DNA of 64,000 nt from an uncultured Candidatus Saccharibacteria bacterium (GCA_964350985.1 CAYGLK010000001.1:457973-521972), one strand, 5' to 3'; counted from the first letter of the stretch, positions 19,161 to 28,095 are shown. Numbers and translations: made by a program. Notes: generated by a model not told the origin, from the sequence alone.

Positions 19161-20681
19161 GTGTTTTTCCGTATTTGTACCATGAAAAAAAGCAAAACAG
19201 CCCCAAGTAACGTAGTAAAAAGGCCACCAATTGTGGTTGTGATGGGTCATATTGACCACGGTAAATCGACCTTGCTCGATTACATTCGTAAGAGTAATAG
19301 TGTTGACGCTGAAGCTGGTGGTATCACCCAACACCTCTCGGCTTACGTAGTTACACACAAGACAAAGGAAGGAAATACGGAGAACATCACTTTTCTAGAT
19401 ACTCCTGGACACGAAGCTTTTCAAAAGATGCGTCTTCGTGGTGCTGACGTAGCTGATATTGCTATCTTGGTAGTTTCAGCTGAAGACGGTGTTAAGCCGC
19501 AAACTCTTGAAGCCCTAGCTTCAATCAAGCAAGCTAACCTTCCTTACATTGTTGCGATCAACAAAATCGATAAGCCTGGAGCAAACATCGTTAAAACTCA
19601 ATCTAGCCTGATCGAAAACGAAATCTATATCGAAGGAATGGGTGGTGATATTCCTTGGGTTGGTATTTCAGCTAAATCTGGAGAAAACATCTCTGAGCTT
19701 TTAGACATTGTAGTTTTAGCTGCTGACTTAGCTGAACTAAAAGCTGACACCAATGCTCCTGCTGTTGGACAAATCATCGAAGGTAAGATGGATCCAAAAC
19801 GCGGAAACACAGCTACATTGATAGTAAAAGAAGGGACACTAAAGAAAGGAACGTTTGTCGTTTCTGGTTCTTCGTATACTCCAGTTAGAATTATGGAAAA
19901 TCATCTCGGGAAAGCTATAGCTGAAGCTGGTCCTTCAACACCAGTTGGTATTGTTGGTTTTGGCGACATTCCTGTGATTGGAGCTGAATTCTATACAGTA
20001 AACTCAAAGAAAGAAGCTGAGGTGGCAATTGAAGCCAACCAACCAGTTGTTAAAGAGCATGTTAGAGAGATGAATCCCCTACCAACTATTCCAATTCTGA
20101 TCAAGGCAGACGTACTTGGTACGATTGAAGCTATTGAACATGAGCTGAGTAAATTTACTTCAGAAAGAATTGCTGTCCGCGTAATTGACACTGGCGTCGG
20201 TAATGTTACTTCAAACGATATCCAAAACGTTAGTGCTACTAAAAACGCGATCGTGGTTGGATTCAATGTAAAAGTCGAACGCCAAGCTGCTGAGCTAGCT
20301 GAAAGACTAGGAGTAGAAATTGATACTTTTGATATTATCTACGAACTATCTGAATGGCTAAATACAGCTCTTAAGAATCGAACACCTAGAATGGAAGAGC
20401 AGCAAGTGACTGGAAAAGTTAAAGTGCTTAAGTATTTCAGTACTCAAAAGAATCTCCACGTACTTGGCGCTCGTATGGAAGAAGGTGTTATCAAGATGAA
20501 ACAACGAGTTAAAATTACTCGTCGAGATGTTGAGATTGGAAAAGGAACAATTAAAAACCTACAGCAGTTCAAATCTGACGTACAACAGGTTGAAACTGGT
20601 GAGTTTGGGCTCCAGCTCGAAACTCGCAACGAAGTCGCTCCAGGAGACAACCTAGAGCCTTACGACACTGTAATTACCTAG
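19161..20681 (+). CDS. infB: Translation initiation factor IF-2 (short form)
   Basis: G-domain VVVMGHIDHGKSTLLD, DTPGHEAF, NKIDK, and C-terminal beta-barrel domains. Confidence 0.85.
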   Translation: MFFRICTMKKSKTAPSNVVKRPPIVVVMGHIDHGKSTLLDYIRKSNSVDAEAGGITQHLSAYVVTHKTKEGNTENITFLDTPGHEAFQKMRLRGADVADIAILVVSAEDGVKPQTLEALASIKQANLPYIVAINKIDKPGANIVKTQSSLIENEIYIEGMGGDIPWVGISAKSGENISELLDIVVLAADLAELKADTNAPAVGQIIEGKMDPKRGNTATLIVKEGTLKKGTFVVSGSSYTPVRIMENHLGKAIAEAGPSTPVGIVGFGDIPVIGAEFYTVNSKKEAEVAIEANQPVVKEHVREMNPLPTIPILIKADVLGTIEAIEHELSKFTSERIAVRVIDTGVGNVTSNDIQNVSATKNAIVVGFNVKVERQAAELAERLGVEIDTFDIIYELSEWLNTALKNRTPRMEEQQVTGKVKVLKYFSTQKNLHVLGARMEEGVIKMKQRVKITRRDVEIGKGTIKNLQQFKSDVQQVETGEFGLQLETRNEVAPGDNLEPYDTVIT

Positions 20682-20689
20682 TCTTATAT

Positions 20690-21025
20690 ATGTCTGATCG
20701 TCATTTAAGAGTAGAGTCCCTGATCCGCGAGTTGGTGGCTAGCTTTATTCAACACGAAGCTAACACCGATCCACTTATTACTGTTACTCATACAAGTACT
20801 TCTCCCGACTACCGCCGGGTGACTATTTTCTTTACTACCATTCCTGGTAGTCCTGAAGCTGAAGCAAACGCTCTAGCTTTCCTAAAGCGAATGGGCGGCG
20901 AACTACGTGGCTACATCAAGAAAAAGAGTAACCTAAAAATTATTCCTTTTATCGAGTTTAGTGTGGACTATGGTGAAAGACACCGTCAACAAATTGATGA
21001 TATTGTCCGAGATATCGAAAAATAA
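20690..21025 (+). CDS. rbfA: Ribosome-binding factor A
   Basis: 111 aa. KH-like RbfA pattern (RVESLIRELVA..ITVTHTSTSPDYRRVTIFFT) immediately after infB. Confidence 0.7.
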   Translation: MSDRHLRVESLIRELVASFIQHEANTDPLITVTHTSTSPDYRRVTIFFTTIPGSPEAEANALAFLKRMGGELRGYIKKKSNLKIIPFIEFSVDYGERHRQQIDDIVRDIEK

Positions 21026-21128
21026 CAAAAAGCTGTCCCCCGGGACAGCTTTTTGTTATTTTCGACAACAGAAGTCCTTAAAATACACTTTGATCGTATC
21101 TAATTTAATGCTAAAGTACTCTCTACAA

Positions 21129-21203
21129 AGTCCTGGTGGCGAAGTGGTTAACGCTGCGGTTTGCAAAACCGCCATACGTGGGTTCAACTCCCACCCAGGA
21201 CTC
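21129..21203 (+). tRNA. tRNA-Cys (anticodon GCA)
   Basis: Acceptor GTCCTGG/CCAGGAC, anticodon loop TTGCAAA, T-arm GTGGG-TTCAACT-CCCAC. Confidence 0.8.
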
Positions 21204-21431
21204 ACGTCATTAAAACGCTTCGAGCGTTTTAATGACGTGAGTCCTGGAGCATCATGCTTAGGCATGATGCGGGTGGGAGTTGAACAGCGGAGCAATGTTT
21301 TCTTTCCTCCTAGAAAGAAAACGAGCGAGCTGCGTCCAGTAGTTCTTATGAGCGTCAGCGAATTAGAAACTACGGGACAACTCCCAATTCTCGCCAATCC
21401 AGACAAATAAAAATCCACCATACAGAAACTT

Positions 21432-21517
21432 GCCGGGATGGTGGAATGGTAGACACGAAGGACTTAAAATCCTTTGCCTATTAAAAAAGCGTGCGGGTTC
21501 GAGTCCCGCTCCCGGCA
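21432..21517 (+). tRNA. tRNA-Leu (anticodon TAA), class II
   Basis: Acceptor GCCGGGA/TCCCGGC, anticodon stem AAGGA/TCCTT, loop CTTAAAA, T-arm GCGGG-TTCGAGT-CCCGC. A perfect terminator hairpin follows at 21519-21560. Confidence 0.7.
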
Positions 21518-22085
21518 CAATAGTAAAAACCACCAACTTTTGTTGGTGGTTTTTACTATTGTCGTAGGGACTCGAAAGCCGGAACGTAACGGAGTGAAGT
21601 AAGGCAGGGTCGTGAGCGATATATTTTTAACGAGTTTACGAGTTAAAAATAATCGACTCCTGACCGAGTCCCGCTCCCGGCTTATCTGTACAAATGAGTG
21701 AGATTATTTTATGAACGAAGTGAAATAAAATAACCACGAGAGTGACCGAGTCCCTTTTGCTTTTGTGGTCACGAGTTACTAAGTCTTTTATTTCACTACG
21801 TTCATAAAAGTCTAAGTACTCTCGACCCCGACTTGTCGGCCCAAAGGGGCCCCGACTTCGTCTTTCAAGTCCTCTCCCGCGCGACAAACAGCAAAGCCCT
21901 AGAACAAATTGTTCTAGGGCTGCTGATTTGTGCGCGGGAGAGGAATCTTTCTCGTTACACGAGCGGTACAGGTTTCATATCGTACTCGCTTCGCTGCGTG
22001 CGATATATTCAACCTTTTCAAGTCCTCTCTCGAAAGCTAACGCTTTCTCCGCGCAAACTAAAAGCCCCGAAGGGCTTTCATTTTG
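21518..22085. repeat. Repeat-dense non-coding hub between tRNA-Leu(TAA) and tRNA-Leu(TAG). Components, in order:
- a terminator hairpin;
- a direct partial copy of the tRNA-Leu(TAA) 3' end (gagtcccgctcccggc, 21669-21684);
- the TTTTATGAACGAAGTGAAATAAAAT box (21695-21753) and its inverted copy (21783-21836), forming a ~140-bp nested palindrome;
- inverted and direct copies of the tRNA-Leu(TAG) 3' end (21873-21950).
   Basis: All repeats read directly from the sequence. I consider the ORFs predicted here spurious. Confidence 0.6.
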
Positions 22086-22167
22086 TGCGCGGGAGAGGAC
22101 TTGAACCTCCACAGATTGCTCTATTAGTTCCTAAGACTAACGCGTCTACCAATTTCGCCACCCGCGC
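22086..22167 (-). tRNA. tRNA-Leu (anticodon TAG), class II
   Basis: Reverse complement folds with acceptor GCGCGGG/CCCGCGC, anticodon stem TTAGT/ACTAA and loop CTTAGGA. Confidence 0.75.
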
Positions 22168-22265
22168 GGATGTGGGAAAGAGTATAACATAAATCAAAAA
22201 AATGTCTTCTGTGATTATTAGCTTGTTTAAACAGGTATTATATTGTAAACTTCGAGTCACATATT

Positions 22266-22338
22266 GCGCCCTTAGCTCAGATGGTAGAGCAGCTCCCTCT
22301 TAAGGAGACGGTCCAAGGTTCGATCCCTTGAGGGCGCA
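22266..22338 (+). tRNA. tRNA-Lys (anticodon CTT)
   Basis: Acceptor GCGCCCT/AGGGCGC, anticodon loop CTCTTAA, T-arm CAAGG-TTCGATC-CCTTG. Confidence 0.75.
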
Positions 22339-22350
22339 CAAAATAATATA

Positions 22351-22410
22351 AAACAAAGATCGTATCATGTATGATACGATCTTTGTTTTTCATATCATGT
22401 ATGATACGAA
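22351..22410. promoter_or_regulatory. Two copies of the palindromic operator-like core ATCATGTATGAT downstream of the regulator gene. The first lies inside a 38-bp perfect palindrome that is also a terminator-like hairpin.
   Basis: aaacaaagatcgtatcatgtatgatacgatctttgttt plus catatcatgtatgatacga. Two more copies lie at 22864-22905. Confidence 0.5.
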
Positions 22411-22412
22411 AG

Positions 22413-22859
22413 CTATTTTTTAAATATTTTGTCGGATAAGTTAAATAACAAAAAGTGCATTGGATGTTTTTTCTTGAGGCTAGCGAATGTAAGTTGGGAA
22501 TAGTGTTCTTGACCTTCATTATATTCCTTTGTTAAATTATTTTTTGCCCGCTTCTCTTTCTCTAACTTGACTGCTTTCCCATACTCAGGAAACTCATCAA
22601 TTAACCATCTCTTTACTTTTATCACAGTATTTGGACTAAGCTTCAAGTCATAAATGATTTCAGCTTGAGATCGCCCTGAAAGAAGCATTTGTGCTATCAA
22701 AAGCCTACGTCCCAACATCAGTTGCTCACTTTCAGTTAATAATTCTTTAATAAAATTCTTCCCTTTATTTTCTTTAGCTGCAGAATCAGCTGCTCCGAAA
22801 AGGGTTTTTATTGCTAACTTATCTAAAGGCTTATCTCTGTCACTAATTTTCTTTTTCAT
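22413..22859 (-). CDS. TrpR/YerC-family HTH regulator
   Basis: 148 aa. LTESEQLMLGRRLLIAQMLLSGRSQAEIIYDLKLSPNTVIKVKRWL matches the Trp-repressor-like fold. Four copies of a palindromic site flank the gene. Confidence 0.55.
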   Translation of the reverse strand: MKKKISDRDKPLDKLAIKTLFGAADSAAKENKGKNFIKELLTESEQLMLGRRLLIAQMLLSGRSQAEIIYDLKLSPNTVIKVKRWLIDEFPEYGKAVKLEKEKRAKNNLTKEYNEGQEHYSQLTFASLKKKHPMHFLLFNLSDKIFKK

Positions 22860-22863
22860 ACTT

Positions 22864-22905
22864 CATATCATACATGATATGAAAATCGTATCATGTATGA
22901 TATGA
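22864..22905. promoter_or_regulatory. Two upstream copies of the ATCAT(G/A)(T/C)ATGAT palindrome in the regulator's promoter region
   Basis: catatcatacatgatatg and atcgtatcatgtatgatatga. Confidence 0.5.
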
Positions 22906-22932
22906 GGAATAAGTTAGATTACTATTTGTAAA

Positions 22933-23973
22933 CTAGCTTATTGCAGACCTCAACTTAGTCTTTTTAAACTGCGACGGCCTAAAGAAGCGATTATAGTAAC
23001 GGGCGATTATTTTCTTAACCTTAGCAGGTAAACTATCAATCAACTCACACTTCTTAGAACAATAACCTTTTCTTTTATCTAGACAGTTATCGCAACCCAG
23101 AAACAAAACGTGACAGACTTGGTTTTTACAATGATAGTGATTGTCACTCTTTTCTTCGCGACAGAGGTGGCAATGAGAAATTACTTCATCCCCAATCTTC
23201 TCACCGAGACGTTCATCAAATACAAAGTTCTTTCCACGAAACATATTTGGCAAACCTTCTTTTTCAACTTGATGTTTGTAATCAATCACTCCCCCTTTTA
23301 AATGACGTACATTCTCGTAACCTTGGTGCTTAAGCCAGGCACTAGCTTTCTCACAACGAATACCACCAGTACAGTAGAGAGCAATTTTTTTATTTTTATG
23401 GAGTTTTAAAATTTCAGGTACAACCTTAAGTTCTTCTCTAAAAGTATCAACGTCGGGCTTAATAGCATTTTCAAAATGACCAATCTCACTCTCGTAAGCA
23501 TTGCGCATATCCACAATCACAGCCTCGGGATCTTCTACATAAGCATTGATCTCAGCAGCAGTTAGATACTCACCAGTGTTAGTAACGTCAAAACTATCAT
23601 CATCCAAACCATCAGCAACAATCTTACCTTTAACCTTAATAGCGAGTTTATAAAAAGATGAACTCTCCCCTTCCTCAACTGCAAACTTATAAGGTACCTC
23701 AGCTAGTTCTGGTTGTGCTTGAACCCAGGTGTCAAAAGCATCCCAATTTTCCTCTGGTACATTCATTTGTGCATTGATCCCCTCATAGGCGACATAGATA
23801 CGTCCCAAACAGCCAAGAGAACCCCAAGCTTCTAAAAGTCTAGTGCGGAAGGTTTCTGGGTCACTTAGCTTTACATAACGATAAAATGAGAGGGTCTTAC
23901 GAGCACGAGTATCTGCTAAGACAGCTTGTCTTTTTTCATGACGTGGCCGCATATCAGGGCGATTAAGTGACAT
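22933..23973 (-). CDS. trhO: tRNA uridine(34) hydroxylase TrhO (rhodanese-domain protein, YceA/UPF0176) with a Cys-rich C-terminal extension
   Basis: 346 aa. The N-terminal UPF0176 domain and the rhodanese active-site CTGGIRCEKASAWL are conserved. Confidence 0.75.
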   Translation of the reverse strand: MSLNRPDMRPRHEKRQAVLADTRARKTLSFYRYVKLSDPETFRTRLLEAWGSLGCLGRIYVAYEGINAQMNVPEENWDAFDTWVQAQPELAEVPYKFAVEEGESSSFYKLAIKVKGKIVADGLDDDSFDVTNTGEYLTAAEINAYVEDPEAVIVDMRNAYESEIGHFENAIKPDVDTFREELKVVPEILKLHKNKKIALYCTGGIRCEKASAWLKHQGYENVRHLKGGVIDYKHQVEKEGLPNMFRGKNFVFDERLGEKIGDEVISHCHLCREEKSDNHYHCKNQVCHVLFLGCDNCLDKRKGYCSKKCELIDSLPAKVKKIIARYYNRFFRPSQFKKTKLRSAIS

Positions 23974-24195
23974 ATAGTTCTATAGAAGTAGTTAAGAAAC
24001 AAAATGGTAACAGAGCCAAGACCTACACGCAACCACACTCAAGAACTAAACATTTTCATTATTTTACAAAGGGTCACCCTAGGGAAAATACCAAGGTCGA
24101 TCCTTTGTATAGTTGTATTCTGGTCAATATATGCAAAATTAGTAGATTCTTGCTAGAAAAGCCATATTTATAGCCATATTATGGAGGTAGTAAAC

Positions 24196-24224
24196 TTGAC
24201 TTTTGCACTAAAATATGCTATGAT
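24196..24224 (+). promoter_or_regulatory. Sigma-70-like promoter TTGACT-17-TATGAT for the high-GC two-gene island
   Basis: Read directly from the sequence; 94 nt upstream of the first gene. Confidence 0.5.
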
Positions 24225-24317
24225 AGTAAATGGAAGGGCTAAACAGAATCAACGGTAGAGAAATCTACTTTCGCTTTTTGACAATACAATCGCGACAGAA
24301 GTCGCAAAGGAATCGAA

Positions 24318-25175
24318 ATGGACGTGCTTAAGAGACTCAAAAGCCTGGCTGGCTTGGCCACTTGGAGTAGTCATTTTGACACTCTGGGCAACATAATCGC
24401 AAGAATATTGGGCAGGAATCAAGTAGAAGGATCTCCACCGGCAGTGGGAGCTCCTCCAGTAGTTAAGGGGAGGAGCGGATTTGGCAGCTGGGGTGACGAG
24501 CGAAAGTGGCTCGTCTTCCTCGAAGCTGCTGAAACACACAGCCCAGGGGCAGCAAAGCTTCTGACTGATTTTTGGAATTGGGCTGACAAATATGATGGCC
24601 CGAGTTGGCTGGCCCGGAGTTACATTAAGTTGATCGGGAGTTTTAGAAGGACTCTCATCGTGGAAATGGGCTCCAGCGAAGGAGCGGAGTGTGGCAGCAA
24701 AACAACGAAGACAAGGACCACCCGCAAGGAAGAGGATGGTGAGAGTGTCGTTGTTGAGGAGCAGCGGACGGAAAAGCTGCACATCGCTGGCACATCAAAT
24801 CCCAAGCAACTGTTTCTGCGGATGGCCAAGATCATCCGCGAAAATCAAGCCAGTGACACGGCGCGGGGGCGGCTGCGAGGCTACAAAGCCTGTCGGCAAT
24901 TCCTCCATGATAACTGGGTACCATTTCCAGACCAGAAGATCATTACCCTTCTGGAACGCCTCGAGACTGGCAGTAAAGAAAGTGTGGCTACTCTATGGTC
25001 ACAAGCACTAGAGATCATCGGTCGCACCGACACACACATGACGTTTCATCTGTCCCAATGGGCGGATGATGCAGAAGTATGGTCGGTTGCTCGGCGGGCG
25101 GAATTACCAATCCGGCGAGCTGCAAGAACAACAACCCTCTTTGATCGGTGCCACGCTTTTTGTCGCCGAATCTAA
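24318..25175 (+). CDS. Hypothetical protein (285 aa) in a high-GC (~53%) island
   Basis: Frame-specific GC3 bias and RBS aagga. I recognise no family. The antisense ORFs here are spurious. Confidence 0.5.
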   Translation: MDVLKRLKSLAGLATWSSHFDTLGNIIARILGRNQVEGSPPAVGAPPVVKGRSGFGSWGDERKWLVFLEAAETHSPGAAKLLTDFWNWADKYDGPSWLARSYIKLIGSFRRTLIVEMGSSEGAECGSKTTKTRTTRKEEDGESVVVEEQRTEKLHIAGTSNPKQLFLRMAKIIRENQASDTARGRLRGYKACRQFLHDNWVPFPDQKIITLLERLETGSKESVATLWSQALEIIGRTDTHMTFHLSQWADDAEVWSVARRAELPIRRAARTTTLFDRCHAFCRRI

Positions 25176-25193
25176 CAACCCTTGGAGATCGGA

Positions 25194-26176
25194 TAATGTT
25201 TAGTGAAATCATGCGTCTGGTGCGGGCACTTCTGTCAGCTGCAGACGACCAGGAAGTGCGGGACATACTTATTGATAAACCTTCGCGTTTGCGAAGTGCG
25301 ATCATGCTGTTCTTCGTCCTTGCCTTTGGTGCAATATGCCTAGGCTGGTTCTGTAACATCATCGGCATCAAGGAGGCCAATGCTGTCCTGTTCTTTCTCG
25401 GAGCTTTCCTTATCGGAGCCAAGACGTTACTCAACCCAGCTCTGCTGGGAGCGAGTGGTGGTATTGGCCTCCTGCTGGGATGGCTCAACAGCGAGGGCGC
25501 TGCAAAGGGCGCTGGCAAAGGGATTTACTTCCTTTATCAAGCCAGTGTTTGGACCTTGTTATGGTTTACCTTGACCACGATGGTCTTGGCGACATGGTCC
25601 TTTCAAGAGAGCCCTGGTTCATTCTGGGTGTTCGCCATGGGGACCATGGTTATGGCCCTGGCTGTTACGGCCTACAAAGTCGAAGGAAAGACAACCTTCA
25701 CATTGATTGCCATCTATGCAATCGTTGTTATGGCGAGCGCAGGATGGCAAACACTTTCCACTGACCAGAAACCAAACTGGTCTTGGGAAAAAATAGTCCG
25801 GACCCTCGACGTCGACAAGACTGACGAGGAGAAGGCGGTGGAGGCAAAGGAAAACTTGGTTTCTGAAGCCAAGGCGAAGGCTGAGGCTGATGAAGTCACG
25901 CGGTTGACGAAAGCAGTGACCCAACAACTGCCAACAACGATCGCAGTGCCCCACTGCAAGAATGGAGTGTCCGCACCGGTGATATTACCGGTCGGCTGGC
26001 ACCTTCGTTCCGGCTGGGGAGGAGGCTCGGTCAAGGTTGAGTACCTCAGTGGTGGCGACTGGGAAGTTGCCACCAGGAGCAATACCGAAAAGCCGGTAGA
26101 GGCTTTCCGCTACTGCACCAACTCGGAACACAACGCGGCACTGGGCATAATGCCTTTGTCGTGGACACGTATCTGA
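25194..26176 (+). CDS. Hypothetical polytopic membrane protein with a C-terminal soluble domain, second gene of the high-GC island
   Basis: RBS GGAGAT sits 6 nt upstream of the ATG at 25194; the six-frame ORF starts at 25148. About six TM helices, then an E/K-rich linker and a C-terminal domain. Confidence 0.5.
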
Positions 26177-26208
26177 GCAAGAAGAACAAATCCTCAATGG
26201 AATGAGGT

Positions 26209-26241
26209 CAACCGGGCTAGCTTGCTAGTTCGGTTGTTTTT
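26209..26241. terminator. Hairpin aaccgggctagc/gctagttcggtt plus TTTTT ending the island operon
   Basis: Imperfect inverted repeat plus T-run. Confidence 0.5.
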
Positions 26242-26259
26242 ATATAAAAATTTTATTAG

Positions 26260-26754
26260 CTAAGGGTTACCTCCACCTGAACCTCCTGAGTTACCGCCCC
26301 CTGGGCCGCCTGGATTGCTTCCTCCCGGTCCACCAGGATTGCTACCGCCAACACCTGTGTTTGGTTGGAAAATAAAGTCACAACCTGGAAGAGTTGGGTC
26401 ATTAGCGCATTCTAAATTTTTATTTAAACCAAAAGTTCCAGCAGCCAAATTAAACAAAGCGTAGGCTGACATAATTATTACTAATCCTAGCAATCCATAA
26501 GTGATATTCTTCTTCCCTTCTGAACGGGCGCTTTCGTTGTCAGCATTCATAATATAAACAGCACAACCATAAATGAAGAACAAAAAAGCAACTGCTGACA
26601 TTAGAGAAATTAACGGAAACAATATATAAGTGTCTATTTTATCAACTAGGCCTTTCGCCGCTGCGTTCGCTGCTTCTCGAGCTGCATTATTAGCGGCTTC
26701 TTGTTCTGGAGTCATATAGACAATAGTATCAGAGCTTAGGTTAAGAAAAAACAC
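26260..26754 (-). CDS. VirB2/TrbC-like (T4SS pilin-like) small membrane protein with a Gly/Pro/Asn-rich C-terminal tail
   Basis: 164 aa with two hydrophobic helices. It is one of four paralogs in tandem. Confidence 0.45.
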   Translation of the reverse strand: MFFLNLSSDTIVYMTPEQEAANNAAREAANAAAKGLVDKIDTYILFPLISLMSAVAFLFFIYGCAVYIMNADNESARSEGKKNITYGLLGLVIIMSAYALFNLAAGTFGLNKNLECANDPTLPGCDFIFQPNTGVGGSNPGGPGGSNPGGPGGGNSGGSGGGNP

Positions 26755-26807
26755 TAATACACAAAAGCCCCGTAAGGGGCTTTTGTGTATTAGTTTAATA
26801 CTTATGC

Positions 26808-27209
26808 TTATCTAGGTCCTCGGTCAGGATCGATTTGGACCTGCGGCACGTTATCTAAGGACCTTCCTTCCAAGCCAGTAGCGCCAGCAAGTAGATTTAC
26901 AATACCGTAAAATACGATGATCAAAAGGAAACCTAGAGTAGCGTAGATCATTAGACTCTTTCCTTTCTCTTTACTTTCGTCATTGGCTCCACCGGCAATG
27001 AAGTATTGGAACATTCCCCAAACAAACACTAAGAAACCAATACCTATAATAAATGGAATCAAGACATCGTTAGTGAACAATAGAATGTTTTCAAGCAATC
27101 TTCCAAATAGTCCCCCAGATCCGTCAGCAGCTAAACCAGCCTGAGCAAAAGTCATCAGTGGTAATGCAAACAAAGTACCAGAAGCAATGAATAAATTTAA
27201 ACGTCGCAT
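26808..27209 (-). CDS. VirB2/TrbC-like pilin (signal peptide plus two TM helices)
   Basis: The likely start is MRRLNLFIASGTLFALPLMTFAQA, a signal peptide; the six-frame ORF extends to 27257. A terminator hairpin lies at 26765-26795. Confidence 0.5.
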   Translation of the reverse strand: MRRLNLFIASGTLFALPLMTFAQAGLAADGSGGLFGRLLENILLFTNDVLIPFIIGIGFLVFVWGMFQYFIAGGANDESKEKGKSLMIYATLGFLLIIVFYGIVNLLAGATGLEGRSLDNVPQVQIDPDRGPR

Positions 27210-27312
27210 AAAATATAAATATTTAAATAAATAATAAGGATACTGATAATTATACACAAAAAATGGCTTTTTCGTTAGCCTTTAATACAGGCTGTGTATA
27301 AAACACTTTGGC

Positions 27313-27573
27313 TTAAGTTCCAAAAATAGAGCTTCTGATCAGCTCTACTACTCCCCAAGCAATTATCATCAAGGTGAATACTACAACAGAAGTTAAAGCC
27401 AGTTGCTTTCCGTCACTAACTTTCTTTTCATCACCCGCACTTAAGACCCAGGCGTCAAATGTCTTCCAGACTACGTAGAGAAAAACAACACCAAAAATTA
27501 GCGGAATAATAAGATTAATTAAACCCAATAGAGCGTCTACCAGGCCAGCGAATGTTGTTGGGGTTTCTTGCAT
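27313..27573 (-). CDS. VirB2/TrbC-like small pilin (86 aa, two TM helices)
   Basis: Hydrophobic-helix pattern and family resemblance to the neighbouring genes. Confidence 0.45.
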   Translation of the reverse strand: MQETPTTFAGLVDALLGLINLIIPLIFGVVFLYVVWKTFDAWVLSAGDEKKVSDGKQLALTSVVVFTLMIIAWGVVELIRSSIFGT

Positions 27574-27583
27574 ATATTAAATC

Positions 27584-28081
27584 TTAAGCGGTAAATGAAG
27601 AAACTAAATTTTTTATAATTTCAGCAATTGCCACCGCACCAATCACCAATACTCCACCAATAATAGCGTAGGTCAGAGATTTTGTCGCTTGCTCTATTTG
27701 TGCAGCATTTCCCCTGGCGGTAACATATAAGAAACCTGAATAAATGATGAAGAAAACAATTAGTGGCAAGGCCAAGATAACCACAACACTAAGAACACTA
27801 GTCAGCAGCCCTTCTACAGTACCGATCTTAAGAGGATTTTTCAGTTTAACTGAAGTGGCTTGGTTGCTTGTATCTCCATCGCTAGTTCTAGAATTTGTAG
27901 CTTCTCCTGCATTATTCCTAGATTCACCTCCAGCAGTTCCAGTATTAACGGCTGCTGGTTTTTCTGAAGGAGCTGAACCTCCGCTTTCCTGCGCCAAGAC
28001 ATAACTAACAGGTAGGACTAAAACTATAAGAAGAAGGCCTAAAAAAAGTATCTTTAGTGAATCTATAACTTTTATATTCAT
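27584..28081 (-). CDS. VirB2/TrbC-like pilin with signal peptide and a Ser/Thr/Gly-rich linker
   Basis: 165 aa. The N-terminal signal is followed by a low-complexity region and C-terminal TM helices. Confidence 0.45.
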   Translation of the reverse strand: MNIKVIDSLKILFLGLLLIVLVLPVSYVLAQESGGSAPSEKPAAVNTGTAGGESRNNAGEATNSRTSDGDTSNQATSVKLKNPLKIGTVEGLLTSVLSVVVILALPLIVFFIIYSGFLYVTARGNAAQIEQATKSLTYAIIGGVLVIGAVAIAEIIKNLVSSFTA

Positions 28082-28095
28082 GGTAAATATTTTAA

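Noticed and set aside
21636-22260. ORFs of 83, 119 and 60 aa in the tRNA hub
   Set aside because: They cover tRNA-Leu(TAG) and the palindromic repeat units. They have no RBS and are low-complexity products of repeats.
24249-26197. Multiple minus-strand ORFs (24249-24782, 25015-25518, 25619-25954, 25714-26082, 25985-26197) and the nested plus-strand ORFs 24691-25011, 25380-25574 and 25480-25764
   Set aside because: All lie inside the GC-elevated island, antisense to or out of frame with the two ORFs that have RBSs and codon-position GC bias. I treat them as compositional artefacts.
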